A stretch of 63,997 bases of DNA, filler included, from Olpidium bornovanus S191 (GCA_017911155.1; 33 parts of 33 records of this genome joined end to end with filler, not necessarily neighbours in it), one strand, 5' to 3'; positions 12,400 through 23,255 are shown, counted from the first letter of the whole stretch. Notes: generated from the letters alone by a model not told the origin. Translations and numbers: made by a program.

Positions 12400-13313
12400 T
12401 TTTGCCGTCAAGTCCGCCGCCCCCCTAAATAGGTGCATTTTAGTCACATTACGACGAGATCTTCAAGTCTAATGGCATGGGTTCCCGTTTGGGCCGAGTT
12501 TTATCCCGTTTCCGCCGTTCACCGCTTCGTGCGCCAGAATTCCCGCTTGTCTTACGGTTTCTTTTTCGGCCACCGTGTAAATTTTCCCTCGCCTTTTCTC
12601 GCTCCCCAGCTCCCAGCCCAATTTGTTGCCTTGCTGTCCGAAGCTTCGAGAATACCGCCCCTGGTCCTAAGGCCCTTGCTCCCCGGGGGGGAGGAAGAAG
12701 GGGGTGGTGGGGGGGGGGGGAAAGGGGGGGGGGGGTGCTGGGAGGGGTTCGATAAGCTAGAAATATCCGTAGTTCGGCGTCGGACCACTGGGGAGCCCGT
12801 AGTCGATTAGAATTGTTGTGGAAAAAAGAGTGAGTGACCCCCTCAATCCGTCCGCGCTTGGTTCGCGTGTCACCCATTTTTCCATGGTCAGCGTCCTGGA
12901 CCCGGGTCCCACCTTGCCTTCTACCGCTTTTCGACGGCGTAAAAATGGGGAGTCCGCTTCCAAAACTTTTTAGATCGTCGCGCTGTCTTTTACTCTGCGT
13001 GTTTTGAGGGTGACGAGTGGGGGAGGGGCGAGGGAGGTGAGGGGGACGGGCAAGTGTCGCAACGCAACGGACTCTAATAGTACGGGCTTCCGAGCGATCA
13101 TACAGGGGGGGGGGGGGGGATAGGGGGACCGCCCGGGGGCACCCGGGGTCGGTTTTTCCCTTTTTTTTTTTCCCCTTTTTCTTTCTANNNNNNNNNNNNN
13201 NNNNNNNNNNNNNNNNNNNNNNNNNNNNNNNTTAATTAATTAANNNNNNNNNNNNNNNNNNNNNNNNNNNNNNNNNNNNNNNNNNNNGCGGGGGCGGGGG
13301 GGGGGGGGGCGGG

Positions 13314-13358
<45 letters not shown>

Positions 13359-13612
13359 GCAACGCCTGCCCCTGTCGAGCGAACGGCCGCCGTCGCCGGT
13401 CCTTGCAACTCTCAGATGGAGGCCAGCCCCTGTAGTTCTGGTTGACCCTCTCTCCAGCCTCGTTTAGTGGTTTTTTTCTTTTCCTCGTCGGTTCGCTGTT
13501 CGCAGCAGCTGACAGCCGCGCCTATTCCGGCACCTTTCGGCGCTGACTCGTCGCCGCGCGCCGCGCCCGCCGCGCCGCACCTGCGCACAATCCGCGAGCC
13601 GGCAGTTCCGTC

Positions 13613-15082
13613 ATGTTTGACGGAGGCCGTCGACGGGCCGTCGACAGCTGCTGCCAGCGGAGGCATAATCGGACCGAAACCCCACGGAACCTTGCCGGCC
13701 CGAGCGGGCAAGGCCGGCTGGACAGTCAATGCGTCTCACCACTGCTGGCGCTGCCGCCGGAGCTCATACTCTACATTATACAGGTGGACTTCACCAACCT
13801 CGCCCCGCTCAACCGAACATGCCGAGCATTGATGATGCTTGTGCGAGAGTCGCCCTTCTTATGGGTAAATCTCGCGATACAGCTGCGCGGCCGGGAGCGC
13901 GCACTAGCCTTCGCTCTGAGCAACGGTTGCACGGATCTGTCGGTGATTTCCCTCCTGCTGGACTGCTCGGAGTTTCGGGATGCCGCGCTGGTCTGCGCCG
14001 CGGAGGACGGCTCCGCCGGTGTGGTGCAGCTGCTCCTGCGGCGCAAGGGCGACACGTTGGGTCCGGCGGTCAAGGAGCTGGCGCTCAGGCAGGCAGCGCG
14101 CAAGGGGTTTCTGGCCATCGCAGAGCTCCTCCTCGAGGCCGGCACGCAGCCTTCCCCGCTGGCGTTCGAGCTTGCTGCGCACAGCGAGGATCGGCGGCTC
14201 CTGGTCATGCTGCTGGAGGCGGGAAAGCCGACCCAGGAGGACGTCAACGCGGCATTCCGCTTCGCGGTCGGCCACGGACGGTTGGAGACGGCCGAGTGGC
14301 TGCTGCGGGAGTACGGCGCGCAGCCGCAGAACGCGGGGGTATTCAGCGCCGTCCGGCACGGTCACGTCGACACCGTCAGGCTGCTGCTCGATCAAGGGGT
14401 GCCGGTCACCTCTTCGATGCTCGCGGAGGCCGCGTCGGGCGGCCACGCGGACGTGGTAGAGCTCCTGCTACAGCACGGCGCTCGACCGCGCCAGGAACAC
14501 ATCGTCGCCGCCGCGCGCGGTGGCAGCTTCCGAGCCCTCCGAATGCTGACCGCGCCGGCGCTCCTCTGCGGGGAAGGGGAGCCGGTAACGCTGGACGGTT
14601 CTGTCCTTACCGCCGCCCTTCTGCAGGGCACGCCGGAGCAGGCCCAGTACCTTCTCTCGCTCGGCGTCGAACCCGACGCGCACACGGTGCTTTCCACCGC
14701 GCGCGCCGGCCGCGCTGACATCCTCCGCTCCCTCTATACCGACTGCCCCTCGCTCTTCCATTTTCCCGCGGGCCAGAAGGCCCTGGACGCCGCGGTCGAC
14801 TGGCAGCACGCGGACGTGGTGGGGCTTCTCCTCGAATGCGGAGTCCTTCCCGAAGAGAAACACTTGCTTTCCGCTGCGCGGAAAGGGCACCTTGGCATCT
14901 TCCGGGCGCTGCTTGGACATTCCGAAGGCGGGGACGGGCCGTTCGCCTGCGCGGATCCCAGATTCGTAGACGCTGCATGCAGCGGCGGGTCTCATGAAAT
15001 CGTAAACTACCTGATCGAACGTGGAGCGACGGCAACTAGCCGGGCAAAGGCTTTGCTAAAGCAGCAGATGACGGACGTTTAG
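13613..15082 (+). CDS. F-box + ankyrin-repeat protein; 5' end uncertain
   Basis: LLALPPELILYII...LNRTCRALMML F-box signature, then many ankyrin-like repeats (ALVCAAEDGSAGVVQLLL, AVRHGHVDTVRLLLDQG, AASGGHADVVELLLQHGA). The 489-aa ORF is uninterrupted. Confidence 0.85.
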   Translation: MFDGGRRRAVDSCCQRRHNRTETPRNLAGPSGQGRLDSQCVSPLLALPPELILYIIQVDFTNLAPLNRTCRALMMLVRESPFLWVNLAIQLRGRERALAFALSNGCTDLSVISLLLDCSEFRDAALVCAAEDGSAGVVQLLLRRKGDTLGPAVKELALRQAARKGFLAIAELLLEAGTQPSPLAFELAAHSEDRRLLVMLLEAGKPTQEDVNAAFRFAVGHGRLETAEWLLREYGAQPQNAGVFSAVRHGHVDTVRLLLDQGVPVTSSMLAEAASGGHADVVELLLQHGARPRQEHIVAAARGGSFRALRMLTAPALLCGEGEPVTLDGSVLTAALLQGTPEQAQYLLSLGVEPDAHTVLSTARAGRADILRSLYTDCPSLFHFPAGQKALDAAVDWQHADVVGLLLECGVLPEEKHLLSAARKGHLGIFRALLGHSEGGDGPFACADPRFVDAACSGGSHEIVNYLIERGATATSRAKALLKQQMTDV

Positions 15083-15221
15083 ATTCGGCCGGCGATTCTT
15101 CCCCGATCCGGCANNNNNNNNNNNNNNNNNNNNNNNNNNNNNNNNNNNNNNNNNNNNTTAATTAATTAANNNNNNNNNNNNNNNNNNNNNNNNNNNNNNN
15201 NNNNNNNNNNNNNAATTCATT

Positions 15222-15294
<73 letters not shown>

Positions 15295-15410
15295 CTTTTT
15301 CTTTTCCGTTTCTTATCTTTGCGTTTGTTGCCTGTGTTCAGGTTAAATTAACCTGCGGCAGGGTTTTCCAACGCCACACACGCAAACGCACTGCAAGGCT
15401 ACTCCAAACC

Positions 15411-16887
15411 ATGGTGCGCTGCGAAGACGCGTTTCCTCCCGTCTGGGACTCCAACACCCGCTGACTCGCGTTCCTGCACGCTTGCTTGTGGGGAATGCCC
15501 TCGCCGCCTTTTCCACATGCGGACACGATAAGGTCGTTCTCGCTGCCTCGATCGTGACTAAAGGCGGGAAAGGTGTGTGTGTGCTTGGGCGGAGCAGGTT
15601 AGCGCTGGATGGGGAGGGGCGAACGAAGGCGTTTGGAGGCAGATTGCTCGGACCGGTCAGGGGAAACGTCCTCCGTCGGAGACCGAAAACGTGTTTTGGG
15701 ACGGCGTTGTGGGATCCTCGGCGCGCGCCAGAGCCTCGGGGCCCGTTCGGCGCTGGATGACCGCCGCTGAAATAAAACAGGGAGGGACCAGCTTTGTTGC
15801 GCCGCCGTGCACCAATCCTGTGCGCATTCCCGCTCTTTCGTGCCGATTTCCTGGCTGCAGCCCTGGTCTCCCGCCAGTTCCGCGAGATGCCCCGTTCTCG
15901 GATCGAAGGTCTTCTTGCGTCGTTTCCCAAGCTCGTCGCTTCGAACGCCCAGCACACAACTGTGGAGACGGAGTCCGTGCGATACGTGTACCAACCGCTC
16001 GAGGCGGTGTACATGGTCATCATCACGAACAAGGCTTCCAACATCTTGCAGGATATTGAGACGCTGCACCTCTTTGCCCGCGTCGTGGGAGACGTTTGCC
16101 GCGTGCCGGAAGAGAAGGAAATCATCCGCAACGCGTTCGAGCTGATCTGCGCCTTCGATGAGGTCGTCAGCCTCGGGTATCGGGAGAACGTCAACCTTCA
16201 GCAGATCAGAACCATCATTGAAATGGACAGTCACGAGGAGAAAATACAGGAAATGATAGCCAGGGTACTCCGCTTATGTCTGCCATTGGCGGCCAGTCGT
16301 ATCTGGGCAGGATCTGTTGGCGGTGATGGCGTCCCCCGATGCGTTGCTAACCGTTTACTCGCGAAACGAAACTCAGGGCAAGGAGCTGGAGGCGAAGGAG
16401 GTACAGAAGCGCAAGGCGAAGCAAATCGAAATGCAGAAACGCGAAGCCGCCAAGCGCGGGTCTGCGTCCGGCGGCCTGGGAAGCTCGTTCGGCGGTCCGT
16501 TCGGGAGCAGCGCGATTTCCCCTTCGGGCCGCAGTCCCGTCGTGAGCGAGCCGACGCCGTCGGTTAGCAGTTTTGAGTCCTTGTGAGTGTTCCTCGACGC
16601 GCCTAGCAGGAGTTTATGTATATTCTGCTTATGGGATGCGAGGTGATTTCCTGTGTCATCTTTGCGCGGTCAAGTTCCAAGCCCGCGCCCACCTCGAGCG
16701 TGAAGGGGATGCAGCTCGGCCGCAAGACGAAAGCTTCTGACATGTTTGAGGCAATCAAATCCGAGTCGAATTTGGACGACTCAACAACTCCCGCGGGTGC
16801 GCAGCAGACTGCGCCTCGTGTGCCAATGGAGAGGTACGTTCACGGATTGCGGACCTGGGAGAGGAGGGGATGCGGGCGGCAGCGGGG
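15411..16887 (+). CDS. RET2: Coatomer subunit delta, spliced, 3' truncated
   Basis: ATG|GT intron, then VVLAASIVTKGGK and ALVSRQFREMPRSRIEGLLASFPKL...QHTTVETESVRYVYQPLE...SNILQDIETLHLF...MDSHEEKIQE. Confidence 0.96.
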
Positions 16888-17056
16888 NNNNNNNNNNNNN
16901 NNNNNNNNNNNNNNNNNNNNNNNNNNNNNNNTTAATTAATTAANNNNNNNNNNNNNNNNNNNNNNNNNNNNNNNNNNNNNNNNNNNNCATGTGCTTCAAA
17001 ATTGTGCGAGCGCCGTAGGTCTCGCGCCGGACGCTATCTCAATTTTTCGTTGTAGT

Positions 17057-18649
17057 TCACGCCGCTACGACAGGCGCAGATTCATCGGCCGACCTGTTCC
17101 GCATGTACTCGGCTTTGAGCTCCGACATCCTTGAATCCAGCGTTCCGATGACGTGTCCGTGCTCCCGGCATTGGGCCCGGTACATTTTGAGCTGGACGTC
17201 CATGTGGCGGTATTGCGCGCGCTTCTCCTTGTAGAGGTTATGCAGCTGGACGTACTGCTCCTCCATCTCGGGAATGGAGGGAGGTGACGGGGCGGCCCCC
17301 GGGTCCAGTGAGGACGTCTTGGAGGCCCTCATGTTGAGGTACGAGGACTCGTACTGCGTTATCAGGTCTCGCTTCGCTTGCTCCGCCCGCGACAGCGCCA
17401 TTAGCTCCCTCTGATACCTGGTGACAAGCCGGATCAGTTCCGGAGGTTCGGAATGCGCGTCCCCGGGGACTCCGCTGCTGGACTGGGTCCAGCGGTGCAT
17501 GTTGACGGCCCTGCGCCGCTCCTGCTCGAGACTGTTGACCATCGCCTTCGCGTGGGAGACCATGACGGAGATCCGGGCGGCGTCGATCCGCCTGGCGGCC
17601 CGCGCCTTGTTCGTCGCCCGTAGCAAGCCGCGCTCCGAGGACAGGTTGGCTGCCTTCTTCTTCAAGACCGCTATCCGGGAGAGGTCTTCCGCGTAGGCCT
17701 GGTGCTTGAGGTGGATTTCGCGCTCCAGGAGGATCCTTTTCTCGTACACCGCCCGCAGCTCCTCGTCTTGCGACCGGAATTTGTCGTGCATCGAGTCGTT
17801 CTCCAGCCGGGTCTGCACCAGGATTCGGCCCTGGCGTTCGCGCTCGTGCTTGAGCCTCGCCACGGCCGCTTCCAGCCTCGCTTGCTCGGGAACCTGCACG
17901 CTGAGGTACTGGGACGCCAGGCGCGTCTGGTGCGTCAGATCCTGCACTTCCGCGGATATTATCTCCTGGTCGTCGTCCAGCGTCTTTTTCTCGGCCGCGG
18001 CCAACTGCAGCGCCGCCGCCTTCCGCGCGGCGTCCTTTTGGGCCGCCCGCCTCAACCGGAGGTTGTCGTTGTACTTCCGCAGCATGTCCGAAATCTCCGC
18101 TTGGCGGTCCCGGAGCTGGACGGCCAGCGTCACCCGGTCCTGTACGATCGCTTCGCAGCGGTTGCGCGAGCGTTTGATCTCCCATTCGGTGTGCAGGGCC
18201 TGCTTGTTCATGGCGAAGATCTCCCTTTCCTTTTTCTCACACGAGCGCCACAGGTTCACCTGCTCGGCCTGCAGGTGCCGGCATTGGAGCAGGAGGGCGT
18301 CGCGCTCTTCGGCCTGCGAACGGAGCCGCGCCTTACTCTCGTCCGCCCGCAGCTTGGACCGCGCCAAGTCGTGCTCTAGGCCGGATTTTCGGACCTCGAG
18401 CGTTTTGACGGCGCCCTGGAACTGTTCAAACCTTGAGATTCGGAGCCTCGCTTCGCGAGTCATCTCCGACCGCTTGAACTCGAGCGAGCGCATCTCCTCC
18501 TGGTTGCACCGGATTTGCTTGAGCGTGGCATGGCTTTCCGCTTGCATTTCGGCCGTTCCCTGCCGCAGCGTTCGCAGATCGAGCCGCATATCGTGGAGCT
18601 GCTGCCTCAGATTCTCGGTTTTCTCCATAGTCTCCGCCCGATCGCTGGC
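17057..18649 (-). CDS. CFAP58 (CCDC147)-like flagellar coiled-coil protein, divergent; 5' possibly truncated
   Basis: 523-aa coiled-coil ORF with QAEISDMLRK, EELRAVYEK, VNMHRW and QLKMYRAQ in the order and spacing of CFAP58 (QDEITDMKRK, DELALLYEK, LNVHRW, ELNMYE). Confidence 0.65.
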   Translation of the reverse strand, partial: ASDRAETMEKTENLRQQLHDMRLDLRTLRQGTAEMQAESHATLKQIRCNQEEMRSLEFKRSEMTREARLRISRFEQFQGAVKTLEVRKSGLEHDLARSKLRADESKARLRSQAEERDALLLQCRHLQAEQVNLWRSCEKKEREIFAMNKQALHTEWEIKRSRNRCEAIVQDRVTLAVQLRDRQAEISDMLRKYNDNLRLRRAAQKDAARKAAALQLAAAEKKTLDDDQEIISAEVQDLTHQTRLASQYLSVQVPEQARLEAAVARLKHERERQGRILVQTRLENDSMHDKFRSQDEELRAVYEKRILLEREIHLKHQAYAEDLSRIAVLKKKAANLSSERGLLRATNKARAARRIDAARISVMVSHAKAMVNSLEQERRRAVNMHRWTQSSSGVPGDAHSEPPELIRLVTRYQRELMALSRAEQAKRDLITQYESSYLNMRASKTSSLDPGAAPSPPSIPEMEEQYVQLHNLYKEKRAQYRHMDVQLKMYRAQCREHGHVIGTLDSRMSELKAEYMRNRSADESAPVVAA

Positions 18650-18859
18650 NNNNNNNNNNNNNNNNNNNNNNNNNNNNNNNNNNNNNNNNNNNNTTAATTA
18701 ATTAANNNNNNNNNNNNNNNNNNNNNNNNNNNNNNNNNNNNNNNNNNNNAAGGGAAGGTGGAATTTTTTTTTTTGTTCGCACGCGTCCCACAGTCCACGC
18801 GAACCAGGGGCTCTTTGGACCACTGGCGTAGCCGGCTGGGCCGATCTGCACCGTTGGAA

Positions 18860-20388
18860 ATGGGGAAGGTCGGCTCGCTGGTATCGTTTACGGCGGTGTC
18901 TGCGGTCCTCGGCTACCTCTTGTACGTCACCTACGTTGTCCTGCAGCTGTTCTATCCGACGTGGAACTTGCCGCTGCTGGGGGACGCGAACGTTCCGAAA
19001 GGGACCAGCTACCACAAGCCTTACTACCCCGCTTCGCAGCGCTTCGAGCTGCTCGTGTACCTGCGCCCGGGCACGTCACTCGACGAGAGTCATGTGTTCG
19101 ATGCTCACAAGGGCGAAGGTGCTGGCCGCTCGCGGAAGCTGCGCGCTAATTTTTTGGCCACCGCGAGGACATGTTTGTGATGTTGACTGTTGCTTTTCTC
19201 GGCGCCAACGCGGTTTCGCGGGCAGGCCCGGTGTGGCAGCTGCGGGGAATCCAGCTGGATGATGTGAAGGAGACAACGGTGGAGAAGAACATCAGTCTAC
19301 CCGACTCGACGAGAAGTAACGGCACCATGGTCGCCCACGTGTACCTCGTCGCGGAGGGGAAGGAAGCCGACCCGCACAGCGGCAATCGCGACAGCCTGCT
19401 CATGCACGTCTCCACGCCTCTGACGAGGTACATCCGGCTGCTGCCGCAGAATGCGAGAAGGAATCTTTTGGTCTCTAAAGGCGCTGGGTTAGGTGCCGGC
19501 GGGCAAGAGGACGGAAGGGAGCTCTCCATCGTGTCACACTGGAAGCCCGTGCTGCACATCGAAGTCGTCGAAGATCGCAACGAGTACCCTTTCGGCGCGG
19601 TACCTGCGGACTTGCCGCTGAGCTACGTTCAGACCCCTGATTGGCCTTATCTGCCAATGATCCAGATCAACGAGTTGGGGATCCAGAAGAAGCACCTAGT
19701 TCCGATTGAGGCCTCGGAGGGCCGGGATGGGGATAGTGGCGAGAGAAAGGAAGGGAATATGCCCTTGAAAATATCGTTCCGCAGAGTTCATCTCGGACTG
19801 TTTCGTATTGGTCGCACTATGGCCGAGTCCTTGCGGACAATGAGCATGCCAGACTCACCATTTAGAATGTCTGAAATGGAAGTTGACAACCTGCGGCAGT
19901 TGTTTTTCGAGGTATGTTTTGTGGTGTGGAATGTGAAATATGCCCTCGTTTTGTTGTTCCGTTTTTAGGGGCCAACGACAGAGGAGCCCGATTTCACTCT
20001 GACACGGTGCGCGGTCAGCCCAGACGGAACCCCGTCTTTTAGCTGCCACCATGTTTGCGTCTATCATGCACCTGCTCTTCGACTTCCTCGCTTTCAAGTC
20101 GGACATATCGCACTGGCGCGACAAGGAAACCATGGAGGGCGTCTCAAAGACCTCCGTTACGCTCGCCGCCGTCGGGCACGTGATCGCCGTGTTTTACCTT
20201 TGGGATAAGCGCAAGGAGACTAGTTCCCTCGTTATTGGCGGAGCAATCGTCGCTGCTACCGGTAAGAACATGGTGGATAACCAGGAAAAATTCTGCAGTA
20301 GTAAAGGAAGACGGATAAGAAGGAAAAACTTCTAAGTTTAATCGACAAATGCTGCTTGAGCAAATGTCGCAGGGGCGCGCGGTTAAAA
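18860..20388 (+). CDS. CLPTM1/CLPTM1L family membrane protein, spliced, 3' truncated
   Basis: N-terminal TM helix, NGTMVAHVYL, IVSHWKP, YLPMIQINEL, LHLLFDFLAFKSDISHWRDKETMEGVS-like segment (here MHLLFDFLAFKSDISHW). Confidence 0.9.
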
Positions 20389-20606
20389 NNNNNNNNNNNN
20401 NNNNNNNNNNNNNNNNNNNNNNNNNNNNNNNNTTAATTAATTAANNNNNNNNNNNNNNNNNNNNNNNNNNNNNNNNNNNNNNNNNNNNGGCAAGCGCGTC
20501 CTCGGTCAAACGACAACCGCTCGAGACCGCGGACGCGGACGCGGGCTCCGGATCTTCTTTTCCGAAAGGGGATCCGCGTCATTACCTTTCGCCGTTTCCC
20601 GAGGGC

Positions 20607-21164
20607 ATGGATCTGACCCGGGAGCCGAGGGCCGAAGTCTTACGCCTGTCGCCGGAGGTTATCGAGGTGTTCATCCCCGAACCCTCGCCGCCGACAGACT
20701 GGGAGCAAGTCCTGCGCGTGGGCCCGTCAACGATCCCGGGCGCCGGCAACGGCCTGTTCGCGACGCGGCCGATCCCGCTGGGTGTCCCGCTGGGCTTCTA
20801 CTTCGGCATCCCGATGACCGAGGACGAGTACGACTCCATCAAGGACGGCGTCGGCGTCGCTTCGGACTACTCCATCATGTACCGGCGCACGGTACTGGAC
20901 GCCACCGACGCCGAGGGCAGGCCGTTCGCCGCCCCCGCCGGCCGCCTGTACTGCCCGTTCCACTTCATAAACGAGGACGTCGAGCGGCGAAACGTCACCT
21001 TCACCGAGGGCATCGTCGTCAACCAGGTCATCGTGTTCACGACGCGGGCCATCCAGGCCGGCGAGGAGCTGTTCGTCGACTACGGGAAGGACATCACCCG
21101 CCACTGGAAGAGGTGCGCCGGACGCGACGCGGCTGCGGCGGAGGACGCGCCCGACCCCTCTTGA
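20607..21164 (+). CDS. Minimal single-exon SET-domain protein (putative lysine methyltransferase)
   Basis: STIPGAGNGLFATRPIPLG (motif I), YCPFHFINED (motif III variant) and RAIQAGEELFVDYG (motif IV); 185 aa with no pre- or post-SET Cys clusters. Confidence 0.85.
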   Translation: MDLTREPRAEVLRLSPEVIEVFIPEPSPPTDWEQVLRVGPSTIPGAGNGLFATRPIPLGVPLGFYFGIPMTEDEYDSIKDGVGVASDYSIMYRRTVLDATDAEGRPFAAPAGRLYCPFHFINEDVERRNVTFTEGIVVNQVIVFTTRAIQAGEELFVDYGKDITRHWKRCAGRDAAAAEDAPDPS

Positions 21165-21670
21165 TCTGCCGGAGGGGGGCCGCCTCCTCCGGCGTCGCCC
21201 CTTGACGCCCCCCGAAGCCCGGAAGGAGCCGATTTCACCCTTTCTACCCGCGGACTACCCCTGTCTCTCCTCCCCCCCCTCCCCACTTTCTCCTCTGTCC
21301 CGGCTTGACGGCTCGGCGGGGTCAGCGGGCGTTTTTGTGCCCGGTCACAAGAAGCGGCCCCACCGCCGCACCCCGGGGCTGGCGGCGAACGTGTCCAATT
21401 GTTAGCGGTAGATCCTCCCTCCTTTTCTCTCTTCCCCCCCCCCCCCCCCCCCCCCCCGGGGCCCTTTCGTCGGCCGTGTCACCGCCGCCGCCTCCTCTCG
21501 CCCGGTATGGGGGAAAAGCGCCCTTCATTAACGCTTCTGTAATTTGATTTCCAGAGGTCCGACCCCGACCGATTTTTTTTTTTTTTTTTAAAAAAAAAGA
21601 AAAAGGAAACTTCCGCGCTTCCGGCAGCACATCAGCGATAATCGTCGGCTCACCCCGGCGCGCCTCTCTT

Positions 21671-21749
<79 letters not shown>

Positions 21750-21893
21750 CACCCCCNNNNNNNNNNNNNNNNNNNNNNNNNNNNNNNNNNNNNNNNNNNN
21801 TTAATTAATTAANNNNNNNNNNNNNNNNNNNNNNNNNNNNNNNNNNNNNNNNNNNNAAAAAAAAAATCGCCCCCCCCCCCCCCCCCCCCGCGC

Positions 21894-21927
<34 letters not shown>

Positions 21928-21949
21928 CGCCCCCCATTTCTTCTGAAAC

Positions 21950-22950
21950 ACCCTTGCCGCCAAGCTGCCGTTGCTTTGCAAATTGCCGCTGCTGCCTCAC
22001 GCGCAGCTTTTCGCTGTCAGCCGACAACCGTCGCCGCTGATGGCCAGCTGCACATTATCAACCAACCTCCAACCCGGGCCTGACGAAACTCCTAACCGGA
22101 CTTCGGACACCTAACCGCGACAACGTAGGCATCAACGTCAACGGTTTTGATCCATTTACCTCGACATTTTTTTGAAATAAGAAAAAAAACTCAGACGCCG
22201 GCCGATTCCGGAATCGAATTAGAACCACATTCGGGTATCAACGTAACCCCGCCCCCCCCCCCCCCCCTCCCCCTATTCATGGCGCCACAGCTCAAACAGC
22301 GGCAATTGCGCGGCAATCGCAACCCGCGCGTGGCGAAAAAAATACGTTGCTTGCTGAGTGGCGGGAGGGGCCGACCCGTCGATGCCGCGGATCTGCCGTG
22401 AATATTCTGCGCAACGAGACTTCAAAATCACCATTATCTGGGGCTCTTCGGAAGAGCGCAGAGATCCCCCCACCACCCCCCTCCTTCCCCCCCTCCACCC
22501 CTCGTCCTGCCTTCCGCGCACGCCTGTTATTCTGATGCTCCGCACGGCGCGCGCCGAATCAAAACTCGGCCATTCCTGCAAACCAGCCGCGCAAACCCCG
22601 CGGCTGGTTTGCCCGGTCCGCCCGCCCGCTGATTCCCCGCCATGCCATGCCGCCCGTCCCCATTCTCACTGCCGATAAGCGCTGGATGTTTCAAAAGACA
22701 ATTCAATTGATACAAGATAAAAATATTGCGTTGTACATAGGATTTTGAAGTTAGAGGTTTCAAAAGCCTAATCTAATTAATAAAAGATTTACTAGATAGC
22801 GCGTTGTACACTGAATTGGAAAGTTGAATGCAGTAAGTGTTTTTGGGAAAAAACAATGAGGTAGAATGGCGGTGGTTCGGACCTCCGCTCCAAGGAGCTT
22901 CGGCTGCCTACGTACCCGGTTGCCTGGGATCAGAGGGAACAAAGTTCTAA
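21950..22950 (+). repeat. Copy 1 of a ~1 kb non-coding element also present at 53970-55085 (minus)
   Basis: Collinear shared blocks, e.g. ATCAACCARCCTCCAACCCGG, CGCGTGGCGA, GACTTCAARATCAC, CCTGCAAACYAGCCGC and GCGCTSGATGTTTCRAAAG. Confidence 0.85.
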
Positions 22951-23206
22951 ATGGATGGAAGACGAAAGGAAAGAGGGAAAGGCGGGAATTTTCTCGGACC
23001 TACGCTCTTACTTGAGGAGTTTCGGCTGCCTACGCACTCGGTTGTCTGGGACCAGAGGGAACGTAGTTCCAAACGGGGGAAGGAGGGAAAGGAAGGATAA
23101 AAAGGAAAGAATGAAAGGCGGGGATTCCCTCGGACCTACGCTCCTACTGGAGGAGTTTCGGCTGTCTACGTACCCGGTTGCCCGGGATCAGAGGGAGCGT
23201 AGTTCC
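22879..23206 (-). ncRNA. Three tandem copies of a 70-75 nt putative structured RNA module (22879-22948, 22996-23070, 23132-23206)
   Basis: Conserved cores CCCTCTGAT and CGTAGRCAGCCGA; CCCGG-GCAA-CCGGG hairpin in the 23132-23206 copy, degenerate in the other two; closing stem GGAAC(U)ACG/CG(U/G)AGGUCC. A fourth copy is at 53972-54041. Confidence 0.5.
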
Positions 23207-23255
23207 AAACGGGGGTGGAACTGACCTCCAAATGTATGGAGGACAGTGGAAGTGT

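Noticed and set aside
12655-12690. GGTCCTAAGGCCC twister-like core
   Set aside because: No flanking P4, P2, UAA or GAGGG elements.
22085-22130. CTGACGAAAC hammerhead-like core and CCTAACC telomere-like motifs
   Set aside because: There is no stem II between CUGANGA and GAAA. The motifs are not a full CTAACCCTAA template and are not conserved in the second copy.
22879-23206. CRISPR-like repeat-spacer array (three repeats, 47- and 61-nt spacers)
   Set aside because: Repeats are 70-75 nt and divergent, spacers are low-complexity purine tracts, the context is eukaryotic, and no cas genes are present.
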